DNA of 64,000 nt from Bacilli bacterium (GCA_017617435.1 JAFZWF010000014.1:573-64572); one strand, 5' to 3'; shown: positions 40,285 to 50,732, numbered from the stretch's first letter. The notes: generated by a model from the sequence alone, not told the origin. Made by a program: numbers and translations.

Positions 40285-40324
40285 TGAACATTTGTTTGAC
40301 TTTTTGGTTAAATAATGTTACCAT
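40285..40324 (+). promoter_or_regulatory. lexA promoter region with a degenerate Cheo/SOS-box-like palindrome (TGAACATTTGTTTG) overlapping the -35 TTGACT
   Basis: 11/14 match to the Firmicute LexA operator consensus CGAACRNRYGTTCG. A second half-site-like CGTTCG lies at about 40327. Confidence 0.35.
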
Positions 40325-40342
40325 ACGTTCGAGGGAAAAAGT

Positions 40343-40891
40343 ATGAAAGATATTAAATTAACAAAAAAACAAGAAAATGTTTTAAATTACATTAAAGAAT
40401 ACACAGCTAAGCATGGTTTTCCACCAGCTGTAAGAGAAATTGCTAAAGGTGTTGGTCTTAATAGTCCTTCCTCTGTTCACTCTCATATAAAAAGACTAGA
40501 AAAAAATGGATTTATCAAAAAAACAAACTCAAAATTTAGAACTTTAGAAGTTGTTGGAATTAACGAATTTAAAACTGATGAAACAAAAGCAGTAAAACTA
40601 AATATCTATACTGGATTAAATTTAAAAAAGACAAATGAAACATTTGATTATCCTGCATCAAGAATGCCAAAAAATGTTGAAGTATTTGCTTATAAATTAA
40701 AAGATAATTTAAATGAATTTAAAAAAGATGATATACTTATCATCTCTAAAGAAAAAACATATAATAAATTCGACGAACTATTACTTATAGAAAATGAACA
40801 GTTAACTATTAAAACGTTAATAGATAAAAAAGAAATTATAAGTAATGAATATATAATAGGAAAGCTAATTGAATTTTCAAGATTATTTTAA
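40343..40891 (+). CDS. lexA: LexA-family repressor paralogue, apparently non-cleavable (catalytic Ser to Asn, no Ala-Gly site)
   Basis: N-terminal winged-HTH matches LexA (TKKQENVLNYIKEYTAKHGFPPAVREIAKGVGLNSPSSVHSHIKRLEKNGFI). C-terminal S24-like region aligns with LexA, but GDSM reads KDNL and no AG cleavage site is present. The Lys of the dyad (LTIKTL) is retained. Confidence 0.6.
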   Translation: MKDIKLTKKQENVLNYIKEYTAKHGFPPAVREIAKGVGLNSPSSVHSHIKRLEKNGFIKKTNSKFRTLEVVGINEFKTDETKAVKLNIYTGLNLKKTNETFDYPASRMPKNVEVFAYKLKDNLNEFKKDDILIISKEKTYNKFDELLLIENEQLTIKTLIDKKEIISNEYIIGKLIEFSRLF

Positions 40892-40918
40892 AAAATATCA
40901 TCAATATGATGATATTTT

Positions 40919-42061
40919 TTATATGTAATAAAATAATAAATAACTTAAAAATCCTATAAGTAAGAACAAACAAATAGTTCCATTTATCATTGATGATTTG
41001 TTATTTTTTCCAGGAACACCTAAAGCCATAGTTACAAATATACCACCTATTAGGCCTCCTATATGAGCAAACATGTCTATTCCCGGAACAAGGAAACCAA
41101 TCAGTAAATTAATTAAAATTACTGGTATAATTTCATTTTTCAAACTATTTCCTAAAACTAGTCGATAGTGGTATGCAAAATATAGATATGATCCAAGAAG
41201 ACCAAATATAGCACCTGATGCTCCTACACTTACACTATTTGTTAAAATAGCACTAAATAAACTTCCGATGACACCACTTATGATAAATACTAAAGTGTAT
41301 CTTAATTTACCTAGATATGATTCTAACTGGTAACCTATTATTCTAAGAGCATACATATTTACTATTAAATGTAATATTGATGCGTGAATAAAGATACATG
41401 AAAACAATCTATACCATTCACCACTTTGAATATAAGCACGATAATTAGCTCCATAATAAACAAGATTAGGTGCAGTTAACTCTCCGTTTGTTTTAAAATA
41501 TATTAAGAAGAAGTATAAAAAACATACGCACATAATTATTTTTGTAATTATTATTTGTTTAGGTTTAAATATATCCTCATATACTTTATTTTTCTTCTCA
41601 GTTTTCTTGTTCACATCTTCTGTTTTGTTTATAATGTCTTCAATATCTATCTGATCAGTTTTTAAGTTTGTTTTGATCTTTTTAAAAGCGTTTAATAAAA
41701 CTTTATTTTCTGGAACATCTTTTAAAGAATCAATATATATAATGTCCATATCTTTAAAATCTTTATCTGGTAATTTATTAATATCTAAAAAGATATTTAG
41801 TACATTCATTGAAACAGAAAAAGTTTTCTTTTTTATTTGTTTTAATACACTTTTAGTTTTAAGCATATCAAAGTCAAATTGTTCATCATTATGAATATGA
41901 TTTGAATTAATACGGACAACACGATATGGTCCATCCATATTTTCAAGCCATATTTCATCTTTTGCACCTTTAACAACTATTGGTGTATAGTTTTCTTCTG
42001 TAATAAAATAGTGCACTAAAGACATTAGAATTTCGTCTTTATCGCTCATGATTAAACCCAT
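40919..42061 (-). CDS. rhomboid-family intramembrane serine protease with a cytoplasmic N-terminal extension of about 170 aa (GluP/YqgP-like)
   Basis: GASGAIFG (GxSG) and a downstream AHIGG histidine in the TM helices. 380 aa. Confidence 0.75.
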   Translation of the reverse strand: MGLIMSDKDEILMSLVHYFITEENYTPIVVKGAKDEIWLENMDGPYRVVRINSNHIHNDEQFDFDMLKTKSVLKQIKKKTFSVSMNVLNIFLDINKLPDKDFKDMDIIYIDSLKDVPENKVLLNAFKKIKTNLKTDQIDIEDIINKTEDVNKKTEKKNKVYEDIFKPKQIIITKIIMCVCFLYFFLIYFKTNGELTAPNLVYYGANYRAYIQSGEWYRLFSCIFIHASILHLIVNMYALRIIGYQLESYLGKLRYTLVFIISGVIGSLFSAILTNSVSVGASGAIFGLLGSYLYFAYHYRLVLGNSLKNEIIPVILINLLIGFLVPGIDMFAHIGGLIGGIFVTMALGVPGKNNKSSMINGTICLFLLIGFLSYLLFYYI

Positions 42062-42126
42062 ATGTATTCTCCTTTAACGAATAATATTTTACTATAAATC
42101 ATATTTTTAGTAAAGAGGCGCTACAA

Positions 42127-42447
42127 ATGAAAATAACACTTATACTAATATATTTACTTGGTATTATTACAATTAATTTTTTACAAATTAAAGATATTAA
42201 AAATGTTAATAATGATATTCTATTTGATAATCTATCACTTAACACCTTATTTATTTCACTACTAATATTTTATTTTAAATATAAATCAATTAGTTTATCT
42301 CTTTTAATGATATTTATTATGATTTTTATAAATTTTCTTTATATTAAAGATATAAAAAGTAAGTTACAAAAAACCATGCTTACATGGTTTTTTATAATTA
42401 ACATTATTACATTTATTTATGGAACACTAAAATATTTCTTCATCTAA
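42127..42447 (+). CDS. small hydrophobic membrane protein (106 aa), uncertain
   Basis: RBS aaagagg 8 nt before the ATG. Fills a 365-nt gap. Overlaps the rluD 3' end by 21 nt. Low-complexity hydrophobic sequence. Confidence 0.35.
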   Translation: MKITLILIYLLGIITINFLQIKDIKNVNNDILFDNLSLNTLFISLLIFYFKYKSISLSLLMIFIMIFINFLYIKDIKSKLQKTMLTWFFIINIITFIYGTLKYFFI

Positions 42448-43323
42448 CTTATCAAGATAGTCTTGAAACTCTTTTGGTAGTGGTGCTTCAAAATGCATCA
42501 CTTTTTTTGTTATTGGATGAGTAAAATCTACTTCACTTGAATGAAGAAATTGACCAAATGGTGTTGCATCTTTTGATCCATATAATGGATCGTTAAATAC
42601 TGGATAACCAATATATGACATATGAACACGAATTTGATGGGTTCTACCTGTATCTAGATTTAAACTAACTAAAGTATATTTATCATACCTTTTTATGACT
42701 TTTAAATGTGTAACTGCATTTTTACTATTTTCAGGTGTAACGCACATTTTTAAACGATTATTTTTATCTCTTCCAATTGGAGCATCGATTGTTGCACTTT
42801 GGTGTGGAAATTTACCTTTTAAAAGCGCAATATATGTTCTTTTAACTCTTTTATTTTTAAAGTCATCAGCAAGAAGTTCATGGCATTTATTTGTTTTTGC
42901 AACAAGCATAATTCCACTTGTGTCTTTATCTATTCTGTGAACAATACCAGGTCTTTCTTCTCCACCAACATCGCTTAACTCTTTATTATGATATATTAAT
43001 CCATTAACAAGTGTTCCACTTTTGTTACCATTTCCAGGATGAACAACTAAACCACTAGGTTTATCAATAACCATTAAATCATCATCTTCATATAAAATAT
43101 TAAATTCAACTTTTTCAGCTTCTAAATCAGTATCTATTTTAAATGATTCATCAATGGTTATTTCGTCATTTTCTATAACTAAATAACTTGGTTTTATAAT
43201 TTTACCATTAACTAGAATGCTTCCTGCTTTAATCATTTTACTAATTAGTTCTCTTGAATAATCAGTGTTTTGTGCAAGATACTTATCTATTCTTATATCA
43301 CTTTCATTACTTATTAACTTCAT
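42427..43323 (-). CDS. rluD: RluA-family 23S rRNA pseudouridine synthase (RluD-like, S4 domain + catalytic domain)
   Basis: S4-like N-terminus and the catalytic HRIDKDTSG motif. 298 aa. Confidence 0.85.
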   Translation of the reverse strand: MKLISNESDIRIDKYLAQNTDYSRELISKMIKAGSILVNGKIIKPSYLVIENDEITIDESFKIDTDLEAEKVEFNILYEDDDLMVIDKPSGLVVHPGNGNKSGTLVNGLIYHNKELSDVGGEERPGIVHRIDKDTSGIMLVAKTNKCHELLADDFKNKRVKRTYIALLKGKFPHQSATIDAPIGRDKNNRLKMCVTPENSKNAVTHLKVIKRYDKYTLVSLNLDTGRTHQIRVHMSYIGYPVFNDPLYGSKDATPFGQFLHSSEVDFTHPITKKVMHFEAPLPKEFQDYLDKLDEEIF

Positions 43324-43777
43324 TTTTTCTACCTTCTTTAAAAAGAGTAATTATTAATAATATAGCTCCTAAACAAATAGCTATATCTGCAACATTAAAA
43401 ATAGCAAAATCATAATTAAATATTTTGAAAGAGAAAAAATCTCTTACATATTTATATATTATACGATCGTATAAATTACCAAGTAATCCACCAATTAATA
43501 AACCATATGAAATAATGTTTAACTTATTAAAATTTATTTGTTTATTTAATAAATATAATAGATATACTAGTATTAATACTGATACTATTATTAAAAATAT
43601 ATTTGCATCAGAAAATATTGAAAATGCAGCTCCTGTATTTTTTGTTGGAACTAATGAAAAGAAATTTGAAATTATTGTTTTTGATTTACCATATAGTAAA
43701 TAACTAAACACCATTGATTTTGTTAATAAATCTAAAGTAAAAATAATTATAGCATTTAAAAAAACTTTAAATTTCAT
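43307..43777 (-). CDS. lspA: lipoprotein signal peptidase II
   Basis: 156 aa. NTGAAFS and FNVADIAI motifs. Confidence 0.85.
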   Translation of the reverse strand: MKFKVFLNAIIIFTLDLLTKSMVFSYLLYGKSKTIISNFFSLVPTKNTGAAFSIFSDANIFLIIVSVLILVYLLYLLNKQINFNKLNIISYGLLIGGLLGNLYDRIIYKYVRDFFSFKIFNYDFAIFNVADIAICLGAILLIITLFKEGRKNEVNK

Positions 43778-43810
43778 AAATCCTTCACCTACTCGTAATT
43801 ATACCATATT

Positions 43811-44035
43811 TTAAATACTTATTAAAATAACGTCATCACCTATTTTATTAATTTCTTGATACATAATATTTATTTGCGAACCACTATTAAAAAATCTTTT
43901 AAAGAATTTTCTTTTTTCAATCACAATATTTACTATTTTACCTTCACTATCTATTTCTACATCTACAATTCGGCCCAAGTTTTTTCCATCATTAATATTT
44001 ACAACATCTTTTGTTTGTAAATCACCTAAAAACAT
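43811..44035 (-). CDS. YlmC/YmxH-family PRC-barrel sporulation protein
   Basis: 74 aa. DLQTKDVVNINDGKNLGRIVDVEID matches the YlmC/YmxH family. Located downstream of sigG as in Bacillus. Confidence 0.7.
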   Translation of the reverse strand: MFLGDLQTKDVVNINDGKNLGRIVDVEIDSEGKIVNIVIEKRKFFKRFFNSGSQINIMYQEINKIGDDVILISI

Positions 44036-44062
44036 TTTAACAACTCCTTTTAAATAATTATA

Positions 44063-44839
44063 TTAATCAATCATCTTTTTTACTCTCTCTATTGCACTTT
44101 TTTCAATTCTTGAAACCTGAGCTTGACTAATGTTATATCTTTTTGCTAGTTCAATTTGTGTTTCACCAATAATATATCTTCTTAAAATAACTTCTTTTTC
44201 TCTATCTTTTAATTTTGTTAAAGCTCTTTTAAGTTCAATTAATTTATCTTTTAGTATATTTGATTCTTTATTATCTGATAACTGATCGAGCAAATATATT
44301 GGTTCTCCGGAATCTTGATAGATTGGTTCATAAATACTAACTGTTGGTGTAAGTGATTCTAGAGCATATGATACCATATACTCACTGATATTTAACTTTT
44401 TAGCAATAACATCATGGCTTGGTTCTAAGCCATAGTGTTTAATATATTCTTCTTTAAAAGATAAAATATCATAAGATAACTCTTTAATACTGCGAGACAC
44501 TCTAAATGGAGTATTATCCCTTATATATCTTCTTATTTCACCCATTATTAAAGTTACTGCGTAAGTTGAAAACATTAGATTATATGATAGATCGAAATTA
44601 TCAATTGCCTTTATTAAACCTATAACACCAACTTGAAACAAGTCATCAATGTTATGTTTTCCGTTGTTGTATTTTTTTAGAATACTTAAAACCAATTTTA
44701 AGTTCCCTTCAACGAGTTTTTCCTTAGCTTTTTCATCTCCATTTTGATACCTAATAAATAAATCATTCATTTCTTCTTTAGATAGAACTGGTATTAAACT
44801 TGTATCTAAATTGGTTATTTCTACTTTATAGTTTTTCAT
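44063..44839 (-). CDS. sigG: sporulation sigma factor SigG
   Basis: 258 aa. Close match to B. subtilis SigG throughout (FQVGVIGLIKAIDNFDL, RVSRSIKELSY, ISQAQVSRIEK). Confidence 0.85.
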   Translation of the reverse strand: MKNYKVEITNLDTSLIPVLSKEEMNDLFIRYQNGDEKAKEKLVEGNLKLVLSILKKYNNGKHNIDDLFQVGVIGLIKAIDNFDLSYNLMFSTYAVTLIMGEIRRYIRDNTPFRVSRSIKELSYDILSFKEEYIKHYGLEPSHDVIAKKLNISEYMVSYALESLTPTVSIYEPIYQDSGEPIYLLDQLSDNKESNILKDKLIELKRALTKLKDREKEVILRRYIIGETQIELAKRYNISQAQVSRIEKSAIERVKKMID

Positions 44840-44896
44840 AAAAAAATCCTTTCTTCTTTATATAATGAAGAAAGAATTTATTTTTTATTCATAAAT

Positions 44897-45580
44897 TTAA
44901 ACATCCATTGTAAATTTTAATTTACTTATTACTTTTTTCTCTATTCTTGAGATATATGACTGACTTATACCAAGTAGATCAGCAACTTCTTTTTGAGTAT
45001 ATTCTTTAGTATTAAATAAGCCGTATCTCATGATAATAATTTGTTTATCTCTTTCATCGAGTTTTAATATTTCATCACATAGTTTTAATCTATCAAATTT
45101 ATTTATTATTTCATCTGGCACTATAGTATCACTAGTTCCTAAAATATCTTCAAGATGAAGTTCATTACCCTCTGAATCAAAGTTAAGAGCATCTTCAAAG
45201 CTTATTTCCCCTTTTCTATTTTTATTTTTTCTTACATACATAAGTATTTCATTTGCAATACATCTAGATGCATAAGTTGCAAGTTTAATGTTTTTATCTA
45301 TCTTATATGTATTTATTCCCTTAATTAGACCAATAGAACCTATGCTTACTAAATCTTCAATATCATAACCTGTTGTTTCATATTTTTTAGCAATAAAGAC
45401 AACTAATCTTAAATTATGTTCAATTAAAATATCTTTAGCTTTTTCACTTCCATTTTGCATTTCAATTAAATATTTTAATTCATCCTCTTTTGAAAGTGGT
45501 GGTGGAAGTTTGTCTGTACTTCCCAAAAAGAAGCATCGATTAAATATTTTTCTAAATAATGATATTATTTTCTTTATCAT
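44897..45580 (-). CDS. sigE: sporulation sigma factor SigE (pro-sigma-E with N-terminal pro-sequence)
   Basis: PPPLSKEDE processing-region motif. Regions 2-4 match SigE. 4-nt overlap with upstream spoIIGA. Confidence 0.85.
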   Translation of the reverse strand: MIKKIISLFRKIFNRCFFLGSTDKLPPPLSKEDELKYLIEMQNGSEKAKDILIEHNLRLVVFIAKKYETTGYDIEDLVSIGSIGLIKGINTYKIDKNIKLATYASRCIANEILMYVRKNKNRKGEISFEDALNFDSEGNELHLEDILGTSDTIVPDEIINKFDRLKLCDEILKLDERDKQIIIMRYGLFNTKEYTQKEVADLLGISQSYISRIEKKVISKLKFTMDV

Positions 45581-46362
45581 AATATTTTATCTCCTATATA
45601 ACCAGATATGATGGCATCAATGCCATCATAAAAATTACTTTTATCCCATAATCCTATTAATGTGTTATTAATAACACGATTATTTACGACTAAAAGATTA
45701 GGTTTATAACACTTAAGTAAAATATGATTATTTATCATATTACAAGGAACATATATGGGACTTTTATTTTTTATATCACCATATAAAAGTTTTTCATTTA
45801 TTAGTATTACTGGTCTTCCTTTATACGGATCTTTTATTAAATTTCCAGTATCATAAAAAGCTGTTATGTCATATATTTTATTTTTAAGTGAAAACTTTAA
45901 ATTATAGTAATTTTTATGATTTACATTATTGTTTTTGTTTGCATATAAATAAAAAAAATAGATGATGGGACTTAAAATTATAATGCCAATAAAATTTGTC
46001 ATTATTTGAAAGTTGTATGCGTCACTAGAATTATAATGATGATTAAATTTTATATTGACTAAATATAAGAAACCACCAAAAATAACACTTATTAAATAAA
46101 AATATAAAAGATTGTTTTTCAAATATATTATGTCTTTAAAACCAAAGGTTAATAAAACCATAATAATACCAAGTAAAAGCGTTAAATATATATTATTAAG
46201 TAAAGGATAAAATATACCAAATGCAGAAATACTTCCAATAAATGATCCACAAAGTATTCTTTTTACTTTTATTCTTCTTCTTAAAACTATATTTACAGAA
46301 TTTAAAATCAAATAATCATAAATTAAGTTTATCAAAAAAATAATATCGACATATATCTTCAT
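45577..46362 (-). CDS. spoIIGA: sigma-E processing peptidase SpoIIGA
   Basis: N-terminal TM helices and a C-terminal aspartic protease region (AFYDTGNLIKDP). Immediately upstream of sigE. Confidence 0.8.
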   Translation of the reverse strand: MKIYVDIIFLINLIYDYLILNSVNIVLRRRIKVKRILCGSFIGSISAFGIFYPLLNNIYLTLLLGIIMVLLTFGFKDIIYLKNNLLYFYLISVIFGGFLYLVNIKFNHHYNSSDAYNFQIMTNFIGIIILSPIIYFFYLYANKNNNVNHKNYYNLKFSLKNKIYDITAFYDTGNLIKDPYKGRPVILINEKLLYGDIKNKSPIYVPCNMINNHILLKCYKPNLLVVNNRVINNTLIGLWDKSNFYDGIDAIISGYIGDKIL

Positions 46363-46425
46363 AGGATCACCTATTATAGGTTAACACTACTTTAAAAAGA
46401 TATATGTCGATATTAGTCATACATA

Positions 46426-47604
46426 TTAAATAAATTCTAAAGTCTCAAATATATAGTTACTGTTTTCATCTATTTCAAATGTCCATTTGAAATAATTAAT
46501 TTTATCTTTATTATTTAAAACATTAATAATATCAATTGAGCTAGCGGTAAAATCGTAGTAATTTCTTTCATCTTGATTAATTTCAGTGAATGGATAGAAC
46601 TTACATGTTCCACCAGAACATTCATAACCAACTGCTATTTCGTAAACATATAGTTTATTATCAATTATTTCATAGTTATATACTCTTTTTATATAACTAT
46701 TATTTAAGTTTTCAGTATTATCATTTATCTTATGGTAAGCATCGTTTTCATAATTGTAAACTTTACCATTATATTTAATATTTCCTAAATTATTAAAATT
46801 AATTTCAGTTTTAAAAATATTACGTACGTATTCATTAATAGTATTTGCGTTATAGTTATCTTCTGAAATATTAGGTAAAATAAATTCTAGAATATAATAT
46901 GGATTTATGTATCTTCTATAAATTGCATTACCACTATATATAGAACTATCACGAACAACATTACCTTCTGCTTGAAGAACTATATGATTACCTATTCTAT
47001 CAATAAATTTAATTACATTATATGGTGATGTTAAACTATAAATACTATTATAAATATTTTCATTATCGCTATCCATATAAGAATAATTTATTTGACTAGT
47101 ATTTATATTAACATTATTAAATCCTTTTGATTTAATATCACTTAAATTACTTTTCTTTAATCTATAATTTGATGTGTTATTTATAGAACTATTTAAAACT
47201 AAGTCATCATTTTCTATAGTTATAATAAATTCTTTAAATTCAGCTTTAACTTCTGATGAATAAAATTTATCAGTATATAAATATATAATATTATCTTTTT
47301 TTACGTATAATCCAGAATAACCATATTTTTTTTCATTTGATAATATAAGATTAAATTTATTATTATCACTTAGAACTAAAACAATGTTTTTTGAAGGGTT
47401 ACCAGATTCATCAGTAGTATCAACTGAAAGATAATATGATAAATTATCATCTATTTCTTTCATGGCAACTTCAGAGTTGTCATTTTCATGGTAGAAAACA
47501 CGGAACATAAATAAAGAACCAACAATAATACTTGTAAAAAAAATAAGAACTAATACTACGTTTGCAGGATTTTTAAGGAGTTCTCGTAATGTAGGTTTAT
47601 CCAT
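46426..47604 (-). CDS. hypothetical membrane-anchored extracytoplasmic protein (392 aa, Asn/Tyr-rich)
   Basis: Single N-terminal TM helix, then a long hydrophilic N/Y/S-rich domain ending with a Cys pair (GYECSGGTCKF). Occupies the slot between ftsZ and spoIIGA. Confidence 0.5.
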   Translation of the reverse strand: MDKPTLRELLKNPANVVLVLIFFTSIIVGSLFMFRVFYHENDNSEVAMKEIDDNLSYYLSVDTTDESGNPSKNIVLVLSDNNKFNLILSNEKKYGYSGLYVKKDNIIYLYTDKFYSSEVKAEFKEFIITIENDDLVLNSSINNTSNYRLKKSNLSDIKSKGFNNVNINTSQINYSYMDSDNENIYNSIYSLTSPYNVIKFIDRIGNHIVLQAEGNVVRDSSIYSGNAIYRRYINPYYILEFILPNISEDNYNANTINEYVRNIFKTEINFNNLGNIKYNGKVYNYENDAYHKINDNTENLNNSYIKRVYNYEIIDNKLYVYEIAVGYECSGGTCKFYPFTEINQDERNYYDFTASSIDIINVLNNKDKINYFKWTFEIDENSNYIFETLEFI

Positions 47605-47702
47605 GTTATCACCCTCTCTTATTATTAATTAAATTATACAATCAACTTATATTATATTCAATAAAAAAGATTAACCTTTTGGTTAATCTTTTTGTTCTTT
47701 AA

Positions 47703-48764
47703 TTAAAAATCATTACGATTTCTTAAAAATGATGGAATATCAATATCATCTTCAGGAGATCTTCTTTGAGGAAGGTCTGTATCTGGTGCTTTATATTCAG
47801 AATCTTCTTCTCGATTATTATCATCAAAACCAGTTGCAATTACTGTAACGATAACTTCATCAGTTAAGTTTTCATTTTTAATAGCACCGAAGATAATATT
47901 TAAATCATTATTTGCTGCTGCTCTAACAGTTTCAACAGCATCTTCGATTTCAAATAATGTAAGGTTTTTACCACCTGTAACATTAACGATAGCATTCTTA
48001 GCTCCATCAATTGTAGCTTCAAGTAAAGCATTTGAAACAGCTTGTTTAGCAGATTCAATAGCTCTATTTTCACCAGCATTACATCCGATACCAATAATAG
48101 CAGTACCTGAGTTTTCCATAACAGTTTTAACATCTGCAAAGTCTAGGTTGATAATTCCTGTTACAGCAATTAAATCAGATATTGATTGAACACCACGGTG
48201 AAGTACTTTATCAACTTCTTTGAATGCATCATCAAATCCTGTAGTTTTATCAATAATATCTCTTAATCTATCATTTGGAACAACGATTAGTGAATCAACA
48301 TGTTTTCTAAGTTCATCAAGACCCATTAAAGCATTTTCCATTCTTCTTTTTCCTTCAAATCTGAATGGTTTAGTAACAATTGCAACAGTAAGTGATCCAA
48401 GTTCTTGAGCAATTTCAGCAATTATTGGGGCAGCACCAGTACCAGTTCCTCCACCAAGACCACATGCAATAAAGATCATATCTGCGCCTTTTAATGACTC
48501 TTCTAGTAAAGCTTTACTTTCTAGTGCAGCAGCACGTCCTACTTCAGGATCAGCACCAGCACCAAGACCAGTTGTAATATTCTCTCCGATTTGAATTTTG
48601 TGTTCAGCGCGAGATGCGTTTAATGCTTGTAAATCTGTATTTACAACAATAAATTCTACTCCTTTAACACCTTCATCAATCATTCGGTTAACAGCGTTAC
48701 ATCCTCCGCCACCAACACCAACAACTTTAATTTTTGCAATTTGATCCATTTTTAATCCGTTCAT
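47703..48764 (-). CDS. ftsZ: cell division GTPase FtsZ
   Basis: GGGTGTG tubulin signature, T7 loop. 353 aa. Confidence 0.95.
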   Translation of the reverse strand: MNGLKMDQIAKIKVVGVGGGGCNAVNRMIDEGVKGVEFIVVNTDLQALNASRAEHKIQIGENITTGLGAGADPEVGRAAALESKALLEESLKGADMIFIACGLGGGTGTGAAPIIAEIAQELGSLTVAIVTKPFRFEGKRRMENALMGLDELRKHVDSLIVVPNDRLRDIIDKTTGFDDAFKEVDKVLHRGVQSISDLIAVTGIINLDFADVKTVMENSGTAIIGIGCNAGENRAIESAKQAVSNALLEATIDGAKNAIVNVTGGKNLTLFEIEDAVETVRAAANNDLNIIFGAIKNENLTDEVIVTVIATGFDDNNREEDSEYKAPDTDLPQRRSPEDDIDIPSFLRNRNDF

Positions 48765-48775
48765 ATATATTCTCC

Positions 48776-50020
48776 TTACTTGTCAAAAAATATTCCAAAT
48801 ACTTTACCAAGTATTGAATTTTCAGATATTCCCTTTTTATTTTCTAAACCACTAAATTCTTCTTGCTCATCAAGAGTAAAGATGGAATAATCTTTATTTC
48901 GAAGTTTTAATTTTCGATTGTAAAATTTAATTAAGCCTACGGAAGAACTATAAATGTTATTTCTTGCACCAATTTCGTTTACGTTTGCTACTTTAGCAAC
49001 TGAACCAAAGGATTCATCAACTATAATTTCAAAATCAGCGGCTTCCGTTAAGCCTCCTGTAATAATTATATAACTTATTTCCTTTTTTGTTAAGAGATTT
49101 ATTTGTTTTTTCACCAAATTAAAAATTTCTTTAATACGTTCCATGACAATTTCACTGGCTTCGTATTGATTTATTCTTATTGTTTCTTCTTCTTCATTTG
49201 CAAGTTCTATAACTTCATTTGGTTGAGCCATTCTTGTATGACATAATGCTAAGTTTTCTTTAATATATTTAGCATCAGATAGTGAAATATGATAGATATA
49301 TGAAATGTCTTTATCAATGTTACTTGATCCCATATTAATAACATCTGCTGAATGAATAACGCCTTTATTAAAAATGCTTACTTCAGTTGTGTCGGCGCCA
49401 ATATTAACTATTGCACCAGTTTCTTCATCATCATATTGATCATGAAGTTCTTCATAATCACCAAATGAGCAAAATGCTAAATCAATAATTTCAATTTGAT
49501 TTTTTTCTAAAACTTTTATTATAGGTTCAATACCCTTTTTAGGCGCAGTAACTAAAATACATTTGCTAGTTAGTTTTTCAGCGCCTATTCCTAAAGGTTC
49601 TTTTGTTAAAATGTCACCATTTATTTTAAAAATAATAGGAATTAAATTAATAAGTTCCATATTATCAGGTACTTTATTATATACTGCAGATTGCATTGAT
49701 CTAACGATATCGTTAGGTCCAACTACATATTCTTCATTATTTATAGTTGTTGAACCTTCAACTAGTTCATATTTTGCATTGTAAATAGGAACGTTTACAA
49801 TAACTTTTTTTACCTTAATTCCAAGTAATTCTTCAGCTTTTTTAAATAAATCAACAATTACTTCATTAAAACTTTCTTGGTTAACTATAAAGCCATTTTT
49901 AATTCCTTGGCTTTCGGAATTAATTGCAAGAAGAACATTAAATTTATTCTTAGTCATTTCACCAACAACCAATTTTATAAGACTTGAACCAATATCTAAA
50001 CTAGCAATTATCTTACGCAT
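48776..50020 (-). CDS. ftsA: cell division protein FtsA
   Basis: Actin-fold ATPase. [22 protein letters not shown]-terminus. 414 aa. Perfect sigma-A type promoter upstream. Confidence 0.9.
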   Translation of the reverse strand: MRKIIASLDIGSSLIKLVVGEMTKNKFNVLLAINSESQGIKNGFIVNQESFNEVIVDLFKKAEELLGIKVKKVIVNVPIYNAKYELVEGSTTINNEEYVVGPNDIVRSMQSAVYNKVPDNMELINLIPIIFKINGDILTKEPLGIGAEKLTSKCILVTAPKKGIEPIIKVLEKNQIEIIDLAFCSFGDYEELHDQYDDEETGAIVNIGADTTEVSIFNKGVIHSADVINMGSSNIDKDISYIYHISLSDAKYIKENLALCHTRMAQPNEVIELANEEEETIRINQYEASEIVMERIKEIFNLVKKQINLLTKKEISYIIITGGLTEAADFEIIVDESFGSVAKVANVNEIGARNNIYSSSVGLIKFYNRKLKLRNKDYSIFTLDEQEEFSGLENKKGISENSILGKVFGIFFDK

Positions 50021-50037
50021 TTTATGTCCTCCTTACT

Positions 50038-50066
50038 ATCTAATTAATTATATCTAAATATTAATA
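50038..50066 (-). promoter_or_regulatory. sigma-A type promoter of ftsA-ftsZ (TTGAAA-17-TATAAT) with GGAGG RBS
   Basis: Minus-strand TTGAAA (50066..50061), 17-nt spacer, TATAAT (50043..50038). Located just downstream of the terminator at 50071..50105. Confidence 0.55.
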
Positions 50067-50108
50067 AACTTTCAAGAAATAAAAAAAATAACTAAAATAA
50101 AAATTTAG

Positions 50109-50732
50109 TTATTTTCTATGTGGATTACTCTCATTAAACATTTGACAATGAGTACCTTTTTGTAATTCATTTTCAAATAAATATTTAAATAAATTCGAAT
50201 CTAATTCTCCATATCTTTCTTTTAAAACTAAAGTTATATAATTAGCAACTTTAGGTGTTATGTTATTATAATTTATTGAGGTAAACTCAGGCTCATTTAT
50301 ATATTCATTTACTTGATCAGATGTAGTGCACTTTATCATTCTCATGTAACTTCTAGATGCATTAGTATTAGATATCAATTTTGGTTTATTACCACTAGAT
50401 ACAGCTTTTGGTTTCATATGACATTTTAAACAATATGTACCATACTTAGAAATAAACCAGATATGCTTACAATTATGGTATTTACACCATTTTGTTTTCA
50501 TATCATACTGTTTAATAAGTTGTTCAATACTGCTTAGATTTTCCTTGAACTGTTTAATACGTTCTGATGATCCACTTTTTAAAACAGTATAAAGTTTTTC
50601 TTTTTGTTCATTATAATGAATCAGATACTTATCTCTTAATTTTTCATATTTTTCTTTGTTTTCTAAGGTTAAAATATCTCTAATCTGTTCAATTTTCATA
50701 ATAGCACCTTCGTTTTTCAACAATATTATCAC
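50109..50732 (-). CDS. hypothetical protein with zinc-ribbon-like Cys/His cluster (207 aa)
   Basis: CKYHNCKH...CLKCH cluster. Own terminator at 50071..50105. Confidence 0.45.
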   Translation of the reverse strand: MIILLKNEGAIMKIEQIRDILTLENKEKYEKLRDKYLIHYNEQKEKLYTVLKSGSSERIKQFKENLSSIEQLIKQYDMKTKWCKYHNCKHIWFISKYGTYCLKCHMKPKAVSSGNKPKLISNTNASRSYMRMIKCTTSDQVNEYINEPEFTSINYNNITPKVANYITLVLKERYGELDSNLFKYLFENELQKGTHCQMFNESNPHRK

